From a virus (lineage: Duplodnaviria; Heunggongvirae; Uroviricota; Caudoviricetes): 6,721 nt of DNA. The notes beneath the pieces are model-generated. The model was not told the DNA's origin and searched no databases. It saw nothing but the letters and a program-made list of their open reading frames with translations. The translations under genes were made by a program, and so were the position numbers. Below, one piece after another: positions 1-6,721 of this stretch; position 1 is the stretch's first letter, and each line of letters begins with the position of its first letter. The stretch lies in IMG/VR virus record IMGVR_UViG_2706794684_000017; one strand, given 5' to 3'.

Positions 1-997
1 GGTTATCGCTCGCCACGGGAATATCTGCGGCAGCGGGCTTGTAATGGGTTAAGTGATAACAGATGTCTGGAAATATAGGGGCAAATCCAGCAATATCAAA
101 GGTAACTTCACTTAAGCCGAGATACATAAAGCCACCCGCCGCAGTGGAAGGACCATCTCCATAGCCTGCTGCGCTGTTGTTCTCATCCACTAACACGCCG
201 CCGTTCTGGCTGTAGCTGTCATCAACAGAAATATCAATAAGATAGGGAGCCGTCGCGCTATTGGTATATATCGCCCCGCCATAACCTTCGGCAGTGTTAT
301 TTGTAAAGGCAGTGTTATTTATTATCGTATAACCTGGAGGATGCTTGCTGTCGCTATTATTATCGGTAACATCGATTGCCCCGCCATCGCCATCACTGTA
401 ACTTGTTGATGTATATGCCTGGTTGTTATCAAAAATAACATCACTTAAATAGACGTCATTATTAATGGTATAAATTGCGCCACCTTTGCCATCATTAGCG
501 ATATTATTGCGAAACATGGCGTTAGTGACACTTAAATCGACGGCACCAGTATCGTTAGTACCAGAAGAATAGATTGCGCCACCATAGCCGCCTGCGACGT
601 TACCGGAAAAAATGACATCAGTAAGATTCAGCGTTGAGTTTTCTTTAGCAAATATGGCCCCGCCGTTATAATATTCTCCTGTAACGGTGTTATTGGCAAA
701 CAGAGTCATTCCAGTTTCGTTTTCTGGTGATAATGTAAATTCCGCTCCTTGTTGCAAAAATACGGCCCCACCGCTGGCATTATTGGTCATATCCGAAAAA
801 ACCAGCCATTGCCCATCGGCGATACTCCAGTCCTGCGTAATGCCTGAAAGGCTTTGCCTGCTGGCGTGACAACTCGCTTTGATATCATATCCCTGGCATA
901 AATCAATGGCCGCCGCGACACCGTTAGCAGAGAAAAGAGATGCAATCATTGACGGGAGTAGAGATAAATACTCCTTGCGTAGAAAGATAATCCGCAT
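1..997 (-). CDS. yfaL: AIDA-I-type autotransporter adhesin YfaL, 5' portion (signal peptide plus start of passenger domain); 3' end lies beyond the window's left edge
   Basis: Manual minus-strand translation from ATG (complement of 995-997) gives MRIIFLRKEYLSLLPSMIASLFSANGVAAAIDLCQGYDIKASCHASRQSLSGITQDWSIADGQWLVFSDMTNN..., which I recognise as the YfaL N-terminus. Not in the ORF track because no stop codon falls inside the window. Recurrent G-G-A-I-Y/F motifs (e.g. complement of ~266-286, 470-490, 568-588, 650-670) are typical of autotransporter passenger beta-helix repeats. Conserved position immediately upstream of nrdA and divergent from it. Confidence 0.85.
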   Translation of the reverse strand, partial: MRIIFLRKEYLSLLPSMIASLFSANGVAAAIDLCQGYDIKASCHASRQSLSGITQDWSIADGQWLVFSDMTNNASGGAVFLQQGAEFTLSPENETGMTLFANNTVTGEYYNGGAIFAKENSTLNLTDVIFSGNVAGGYGGAIYSSGTNDTGAVDLSVTNAMFRNNIANDGKGGAIYTINNDVYLSDVIFDNNQAYTSTSYSDGDGGAIDVTDNNSDSKHPPGYTIINNTAFTNNTAEGYGGAIYTNSATAPYLIDISVDDSYSQNGGVLVDENNSAAGYGDGPSTAAGGFMYLGLSEVTFDIAGFAPIFPDICYHLTHYKPAAADIPVASDN

Positions 998-1530
998 ATT
1001 AATCTGACCATCATTTTATATAAGACGGCATATTTAAACGCATTATACAATATGGGTTATCTTTCTTTTGTAAATTGTCCAACCCGATGCAATGGCTATT
1101 TTGTTATTATTTGATGAATAATATCAGTGCGTCATAATTCAAGTTAATAACCTTAAGGGATACCAGTTATATTTAAACTAAATTATAGTAATGAATAATT
1201 TTCTTATAATATAAGGTAAATTAACAAAATGGCTTCGCATTTAACAATAACCGAATAGAAAACAACCATTTCGACATCAACAATCGCTTACATTCGCTTA
1301 TATATTGACCACAACTGATACATCAGATTATGTGATGACTCGTGCTTAGATCAATTTTTGCAATCATTAACAAAAAGATTAATAAACCATCTATATCAAT
1401 TTATCCAACCTATTCTGCCGTTCAAGAAATCGCCGAACAGTTATTTTTAACAAATTTTTCTCTTCCCATTGACTTTCCCGGACACCTTGTCTGACCTAAG
1501 GTGCGCGAAAGCCACTTTTTCCTTCCTGAG

Positions 1531-1551
1531 TTATCCACAAAGTTATGCACT
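1531..1551 (+). promoter_or_regulatory. Two tandem DnaA boxes abutting the nrdA promoter -35
   Basis: TTATCCACA at 1531-1539 is a perfect match to the DnaA R-box consensus TTATNCACA; TTATGCACT at 1543-1551 matches 8 of 9. Both are in the same orientation, directly upstream of the putative -35. Two DnaA boxes at the nrdAB promoter are established for E. coli. Confidence 0.6.
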
Positions 1552-1579
1552 TGCAAGAGGGTCATTTTCACACTATCTT
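1551..1579 (+). promoter_or_regulatory. Putative sigma70 promoter of nrdAB-yfaE (-35 TTGCAA 1551-1556, 17-bp spacer, -10 TATCTT 1574-1579)
   Basis: Hexamers and spacing read directly from the sequence. This places the transcription start near 1586, about 107 nt upstream of the nrdA ATG, consistent with the long 5' UTR (about 110 nt, from memory) reported for nrdAB mRNA. Exact hexamer assignment is not verified. Confidence 0.4.
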
Positions 1580-1585
1580 GCAGTG
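1570..1585 (+). promoter_or_regulatory. Putative NrdR box 1 (overlaps -10)
   Basis: acactatcttgcagtg is a partial inverted repeat (CACTAT ... CAGTG). The left half fits the NrdR-box consensus (approx. acaCwAtATaTwGtgt); the right half fits poorly. Its centre is about 30 bp from box 2, close to the usual paired-box arrangement. Confidence 0.35.
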
Positions 1586-1599
1586 AATCCCAAACATAC

Positions 1600-1615
1600 C
1601 CCCTATATATAGTGT
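1600..1615 (+). promoter_or_regulatory. Putative NrdR box 2 (near-palindrome in the 5' UTR)
   Basis: cccctatatatagtgt matches the NrdR-box consensus at nearly all conserved positions and is palindromic (ccctata / tatagtg), lying just downstream of the predicted transcription start. Confidence 0.55.
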
Positions 1616-1692
1616 TCTAAGCAGCTTCCCTTACTACAGGTAGTCTGCATGAAACTATTGCGGAAAGAATTCCAAAAACAGGTACGACATAC

Positions 1693-3978
1693 ATGAATCA
1701 GAATCTGCTGGTGACAAAGCGCGACGGTAGCACAGAGCGCATCAATCTCGACAAAATCCATCGCGTTCTGGATTGGGCGGCAGAAGGACTGCATAACGTT
1801 TCGATTTCCCAGGTCGAGCTGCGCTCCCACATTCAGTTTTATGACGGTATCAAGACCTCTGACATCCACGAAACCATTATCAAGGCTGCCGCAGACCTGA
1901 TCTCCCGTGATGCGCCGGATTATCAGTATCTCGCCGCGCGCCTGGCGATCTTCCACCTGCGTAAAAAAGCCTACGGCCAGTTTGAGCCGCCTGCGCTGTA
2001 CGACCACGTGGTGAAAATGGTCGAGATGGGCAAATACGATAATCATCTGCTGGAAGACTACACGGAAGAAGAGTTCAAGCAGATGGACACGTTTATCGAT
2101 CACGACCGTGATATGACCTTCTCTTATGCTGCCGTTAAGCAGCTGGAAGGCAAATATCTGGTACAGAACCGCGTGACCGGCGAAATCTATGAGAGCGCCC
2201 AGTTCCTTTATATTCTGGTTGCCGCGTGCCTGTTCTCGAACTACCCGCGTGAAACGCGCCTGCAATATGTGAAGCGTTTTTACGACGCGGTTTCCACATT
2301 TAAAATTTCGCTGCCGACGCCAATCATGTCCGGCGTGCGTACCCCGACTCGTCAGTTCAGCTCCTGCGTACTGATCGAGTGCGGTGACAGCCTGGATTCC
2401 ATCAACGCCACCTCCAGCGCGATTGTTAAATACGTTTCCCAGCGTGCCGGGATCGGCATCAACGCCGGGCGTATTCGTGCGCTGGGTAGCCCGATTCGCG
2501 GTGGTGAAGCGTTCCATACCGGCTGCATTCCGTTCTACAAACATTTCCAGACAGCGGTGAAATCCTGCTCTCAGGGCGGTGTGCGCGGCGGTGCGGCAAC
2601 GCTGTTCTACCCGATGTGGCATCTGGAAGTGGAAAGCCTGCTGGTGTTGAAAAACAACCGTGGTGTGGAAGGCAACCGCGTGCGTCATATGGACTACGGG
2701 GTACAAATCAACAAACTGATGTATACCCGTCTGCTGAAAGGTGAAGATATCACCCTGTTCAGCCCGTCCGACGTACCGGGGCTGTACGACGCGTTCTTCG
2801 CCGATCAGGAAGAGTTTGAACGTCTGTATACCAAATATGAGAAAGACGACAGCATCCGCAAGCAGCGTGTGAAAGCCGTTGAGCTGTTCTCGCTGATGAT
2901 GCAGGAACGTGCGTCTACCGGTCGTATCTATATTCAGAACGTTGACCACTGCAATACCCATAGCCCGTTTGATCCGGCCATCGCGCCAGTGCGTCAGTCT
3001 AACCTGTGCCTGGAGATAGCCCTGCCGACCAAACCGCTGAACGACGTCAACGACGAGAACGGTGAAATCGCGCTGTGTACGCTGTCTGCTTTCAACCTGG
3101 GCGCAATTAATAACCTGGATGAACTGGAAGAGCTGGCAATTCTGGCGGTTCGTGCACTTGACGCGCTGCTGGATTATCAGGATTACCCGATCCCGGCCGC
3201 CAAACGTGGAGCGATGGGTCGTCGTACGCTGGGTATTGGTGTGATCAACTTCGCTTACTACCTGGCGAAGCACGGTAAACGCTACTCCGACGGCAGCGCC
3301 AACAACCTGACGCATAAAACCTTCGAAGCCATTCAGTATTACCTGCTGAAAGCCTCTAATGAGCTGGCGAAAGAGCAAGGCGCGTGCCCGTGGTTTAACG
3401 AAACCACTTACGCGAAAGGGATCCTGCCGATCGATACCTATAAGAAAGATCTGGATACCATCGCTAATGAGCCGCTGCATTACGACTGGGAAGCATTGCG
3501 TGAATCAATCAAAACGCACGGCCTGCGTAACTCTACGCTTTCTGCCCTGATGCCGTCCGAGACCTCTTCGCAGATCTCTAACGCCACTAACGGTATTGAA
3601 CCGCCGCGCGGTTACGTCAGCATCAAAGCGTCGAAAGACGGTATTTTGCGCCAGGTGGTGCCGGACTACGAGCACCTGCACGACGCCTATGAGCTGCTGT
3701 GGGAAATGCCGGGTAACGATGGCTACCTGCAACTGGTAGGTATCATGCAGAAATTTATCGATCAGTCGATCTCTGCTAACACCAACTACGATCCGTCACG
3801 TTTCCCGTCAGGAAAAGTGCCGATGCAGCAGTTGCTGAAAGACCTGCTCACCGCCTACAAATTCGGGGTCAAAACGCTGTATTATCAGAACACCCGTGAC
3901 GGCGCTGAAGACGCGCAGGACGATCTGGTACCGTCAATCCAGGACGATGGCTGCGAAAGCGGCGCATGTAAGATCTGA
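1693..3978 (+). CDS. nrdA: Ribonucleoside-diphosphate reductase 1, alpha subunit (class Ia RNR R1)
   Basis: 761-aa ORF from the track. N-terminal ATP-cone sequence ([20 protein letters not shown]), active-site motif NLCLE (the Asn/Cys/Glu residues), and C-terminal redox cysteine pair in ...[11 protein letters not shown]. Length and sequence match E. coli NrdA as I recall it. Weak SD (cagg) about 10 nt upstream of the ATG. Confidence 0.98.
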
Positions 3979-3987
3979 TATTGAGAT

Positions 3988-4189
<202 letters not shown>

Positions 4190-4211
4190 AAACTCCCAAC
4201 AGGACACACTC

Positions 4212-5342
4212 ATGGCATATACCACCTTTTCACAGACGAAAAATGATCAGCTCAAAGAACCGATGTTCTTTGGTCAGCCGGTCAACGTGGCTCGCTACGA
4301 TCAGCAAAAATATGACATCTTCGAAAAGCTGATCGAAAAGCAGCTCTCTTTCTTCTGGCGTCCGGAAGAAGTTGACGTCTCCCGCGACCGTATAGATTAC
4401 CAGGCGCTGCCGGAGCACGAAAAACACATCTTTATCAGCAACCTGAAATATCAGACGCTGCTGGATTCCATTCAGGGTCGTAGCCCGAACGTGGCGCTAT
4501 TGCCGCTTATTTCTATTCCGGAACTGGAAACCTGGGTCGAAACCTGGGCGTTCTCAGAAACGATTCATTCCCGTTCCTATACTCATATCATTCGTAATAT
4601 CGTTAACGATCCGTCTGTTGTGTTTGACGATATCGTCACCAACGAGCAGATCCAGAAACGTGCGGAAGGGATCTCCAGCTATTACGATGAACTGATCGAA
4701 ATGACCAGCTACTGGCACCTTCTGGGCGAAGGCACCCACACCGTTAACGGTAAAACCGTAACCGTTAGCCTGCGCGAGCTGAAGAAAAAACTGTATCTCT
4801 GCCTGATGAGCGTTAACGCGCTGGAAGCGATCCGCTTCTACGTCAGCTTTGCTTGTTCCTTTGCCTTTGCAGAACGCGAACTGATGGAAGGTAACGCCAA
4901 GATTATTCGCCTGATTGCCCGCGATGAAGCCCTGCACCTGACCGGTACTCAGCATATGCTGAATCTGCTGCGCAGCGGCGCGGATGATCCGGAGATGGCG
5001 GAAATTGCCGAAGAATGTAAGCAGGAGTGCTATGACCTGTTTGTCCAGGCGGCACAGCAAGAGAAAGACTGGGCGGATTATCTGTTCCGTGACGGTTCGA
5101 TGATTGGTCTGAATAAAGATATTCTCTGCCAGTACGTTGAATACATCACCAATATCCGCATGCAGGCAGTCGGTTTGGATCTGCCGTTCCAGACGCGCTC
5201 CAACCCGATCCCGTGGATCAACACCTGGCTGGTGTCTGATAACGTGCAGGTTGCTCCGCAGGAAGTGGAAGTCAGTTCTTATCTGGTCGGGCAGATTGAC
5301 GCGGAAGTGGACACCGACGATTTGAGTAACTTCCAGCTCTGA
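4212..5342 (+). CDS. nrdB: Ribonucleoside-diphosphate reductase 1, beta subunit (R2, diiron-tyrosyl radical protein)
   Basis: Start chosen at ATG 4212 ([23 protein letters not shown]...), with SD agga at 4201-4204 seven nt upstream, giving 376 aa. The track ORF from 3981 begins inside the REP cluster and is an over-extension. Diiron and radical motifs are present ([14 protein letters not shown]: Glu/His ligands and the radical Tyr; RDEALHL). Confidence 0.97.
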   Translation: MAYTTFSQTKNDQLKEPMFFGQPVNVARYDQQKYDIFEKLIEKQLSFFWRPEEVDVSRDRIDYQALPEHEKHIFISNLKYQTLLDSIQGRSPNVALLPLISIPELETWVETWAFSETIHSRSYTHIIRNIVNDPSVVFDDIVTNEQIQKRAEGISSYYDELIEMTSYWHLLGEGTHTVNGKTVTVSLRELKKKLYLCLMSVNALEAIRFYVSFACSFAFAERELMEGNAKIIRLIARDEALHLTGTQHMLNLLRSGADDPEMAEIAEECKQECYDLFVQAAQQEKDWADYLFRDGSMIGLNKDILCQYVEYITNIRMQAVGLDLPFQTRSNPIPWINTWLVSDNVQVAPQEVEVSSYLVGQIDAEVDTDDLSNFQL

Positions 5343-5596
5343 TGGCCCGCGTTACCCTGCGCATCACTGGCACACAACTGCTGTGCCAGGATGAACACCC
5401 TTCCCTTCTGGCGGCGCTGGAATCCCACAATGTTGCGGTTGAGTACCAGTGCCGCGAAGGTTACTGCGGCTCCTGTCGCACCCGACTGGTCGCAGGTCAG
5501 GTGGACTGGATTGCCGAACCGTTAGCCTTTATTCAGCCGGGGGAAATTTTGCCCTGTTGTTGCCGGGCAAAAGGCGATATTGAAATCGAGATGTGA
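5342..5596 (+). CDS. yfaE: 2Fe-2S ferredoxin YfaE (maintenance of the NrdB diferric-tyrosyl radical cofactor)
   Basis: 84-aa ORF. Its ATG (5342-5344) overlaps the nrdB TGA (5340-5342) as TGATG, suggesting translational coupling. Cys cluster C-x4-C-x2-C (CREGYCGSC) plus a downstream CCC is typical of plant-type 2Fe-2S ferredoxins. Matches E. coli YfaE. Confidence 0.93.
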   Translation: MARVTLRITGTQLLCQDEHPSLLAALESHNVAVEYQCREGYCGSCRTRLVAGQVDWIAEPLAFIQPGEILPCCCRAKGDIEIEM

Positions 5597-5600
5597 ATTG

Positions 5601-5647
5601 GTTGTAGTGCCAGATACAACGCTTATACGTCTTATCTGGCCTACAAC
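5601..5647. repeat. REP-like palindromic unit between convergent yfaE and inaA (probable mRNA-stabilising or terminator hairpin)
   Basis: gttgtagtgccagata (5601-5616) pairs with tatctggcctacaac (5632-5646), with a 1-nt bulge and a ~15-nt loop. The right arm cttatctggcctac closely resembles the REP end cttatccggcctac. No U-tract on either side, so it is not a canonical intrinsic terminator. Confidence 0.6.
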
Positions 5648-5650
5648 GAT

Positions 5651-6322
5651 TACATGGCGTAGTAATACGCTTTCACCTGCTCCCAGTCCGCTTTGGGGAT
5701 TGGCTCCAGATATTTTCCAGCTGGCGGAAGTCATGATTAATCGCTTTATTGCGACGCAAGCGGCGACGACTTTTCTCCAGGTCAAGAAAACCAGCTTCTG
5801 CTTTACCTTCTGTTTTCACATAGATATGGCGAACATAACAACAGCCATGCTGACGATTAACGCTATGCATTTTCTTAAACGCCAGCGCCACTGCTTTCAA
5901 CANNNNNNNNNNNNNNNNNNNNNNNNNNNNNNNNNNNNNNNNNNNNNNNNNNNNNNNNNNNNNNNNNNNNNNNNNNNNNNNNNNNNNNNNNNNNNNNNNN
6001 NNNNNNNNNNNNNNNNNNNNNNNNNNNNNNNNNNNNNNNNNNNNNNNNNNNNNNNNNNNNNNNNNNNNNNNNNNNNNNNNNNNNNNNNNNNNNNNNNNNN
6101 NNNNNNNNNNNNNNNNNNNNNNNNNNNNNNNNNNNNNNNNNNNNNNNNNNNNNNNNNNNNNNNNNNNNNNNGCGTCATGCGCTTTACATACAGCTTTTTG
6201 CCGTTGCGCTCGACGCATTGCACCCCGCTCATACCATTACGGCGATAGTTAGGCTCTTCAACCCAGTCGCCCTCTGTTGCCCACCAGTGATTAAATTCGT
6301 CGTACTTTGCTGAAACTGCCAT
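5651..6322 (-). CDS. inaA: InaA (weak-acid-inducible protein, Kdo/WaaP-like kinase family); interrupted by a 269-N assembly gap and with an apparent 1-bp frameshift near the 3' end
   Basis: Minus-strand start ATG (complement of 6320-6322) gives MAVSAKYDEFNHWWATEGDWVEEPNYRRNGMSGVQCVERNGKKLYVKRMT... up to the gap. After the gap the InaA-like sequence ...AFKKMHSVNRQHGCCYVRHIYVKTEGKAEAGFLDLEKSRRRLRRNKAINHDFRQLE continues in a different frame and, as sequenced, stops at 5673-5675. With one extra T in the T4 run at 5713-5716, the frame would read ...EKYLEPIPKADWEQVKAYYYAM and stop at 5651-5653, which is the C-terminus I recall for E. coli InaA. Confidence 0.75.
5903..6171. other. Assembly gap (269 N) inside inaA
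   Basis: Run of n characters from 5903 to 6171. The inaA reading frame differs on the two sides, so the gap length is not an exact count of missing bases. Confidence 0.99.
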
Positions 6323-6536
6323 ACCCTATCGCCTGTCATTTTTATTAACGACAATGACTATAGGTGGTTACCTGAGGAAAATCTTAATGAAACGTGTCGT
6401 ATTAATGAATTTCTTTTGCCGCTACTAGTGTGACACCGCTTTTGCCCTTCATTTGCAGCGCATAGATTCCACCAGCCACGACCACTAATAGTGCGCCCAG
6501 CAGATAAAATGTGAATTTAATCAGGTGGATACAGCG

Positions 6537-6668
6537 ATGAATTTTATTCGACAGGGATTAGGCATCGCCTTATTACCAGAGTTAACGCTGAAAACCATTG
6601 CAGGTGAATTGTGTTCCGTTCCTCACGAACCAACCTTCTATCGACAGATTGAGGTGTACTGGCAATAG
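6537..6668 (+). pseudogene. yfaH: LysR-type transcriptional regulator C-terminal fragment (yfaH-like remnant)
   Basis: 43-codon ORF (below the track threshold): MNFIRQGLGIALLPELTLKTIAGELCSVPHEPTFYRQIEVYWQ. The GLGIALLP motif and overall shape are typical of the extreme C-terminus of LysR-family regulators. The upstream sequence 6360-6536 has stops in all frames, so no intact N-terminal HTH or co-inducer domain is present. Its position next to inaA matches the E. coli yfaH pseudogene locus. Confidence 0.45.
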
Positions 6669-6721
6669 CGGACACTACCATTTGTTCTTTTTTTAAGCAG
6701 CCATCTGATGATATTTTTCCC

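Noticed and set aside
687-869. 60-aa plus-strand ORF
   Set aside because: It lies antisense within yfaL and has no RBS or recognisable motif; chance ORF.
1052-1114. 20-codon ORF (MGYLSFVNCPTRCNGYFVII) in the AT-rich spacer
   Set aside because: No SD, AT-rich context where short ORFs arise by chance, and no recognisable peptide family; not supportable as a gene.
3062-3732. Small ORFs inside nrdA (3062..3244 +, 3359..3550 +, 3505..3732 -)
   Set aside because: Out-of-frame or antisense within a highly conserved essential gene; low-complexity, R/W-rich translations; chance ORFs.
4230-5325. ORFs inside nrdB (4230..4427 -, 4554..5060 -, 5137..5325 +)
   Set aside because: Antisense or out-of-frame within nrdB; no independent start signals or recognisable domains.
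5522-5785. 87-aa minus-strand ORF spanning the yfaE 3' end, the palindrome and the inaA 3' end
   Set aside because: It crosses the intergenic hairpin and overlaps two real genes in wrong frames; chance ORF.
5580-6248. 222-aa plus-strand ORF and the 181-aa and 141-aa minus-strand ORFs containing long X runs
   Set aside because: They are held open only by the 269-N gap, which contains no stop codons. The minus-strand ones are the two halves of inaA; the plus-strand one is an artefact.

Overview
This window is the canonical Escherichia coli / Shigella-type class Ia ribonucleotide reductase locus, and I find no evidence of a novel defence, mobile or biosynthetic system in it. Gene order, left to right: the 5' end of the autotransporter adhesin gene yfaL (minus strand, running off the left edge); a ~695-bp AT-rich divergent control region carrying two DnaA boxes and putative NrdR boxes in front of nrdA; nrdA (761 aa); a 233-bp spacer filled by a tandem REP/BIME cluster; nrdB (376 aa); yfaE (84 aa ferredoxin, start overlapping the nrdB stop); a REP-like palindrome; inaA on the minus strand, convergent with yfaE; and a short LysR-type C-terminal fragment (yfaH-like remnant). 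inaA is interrupted by a 269-N assembly gap and appears to carry a 1-bp homopolymer frameshift near its 3' end, so this looks like a draft assembly. All protein identities come from reading the translations and recognising them from memory; no database search was run. The points worth a second look are regulatory and repeat architecture plus assembly artefacts, not new biology.
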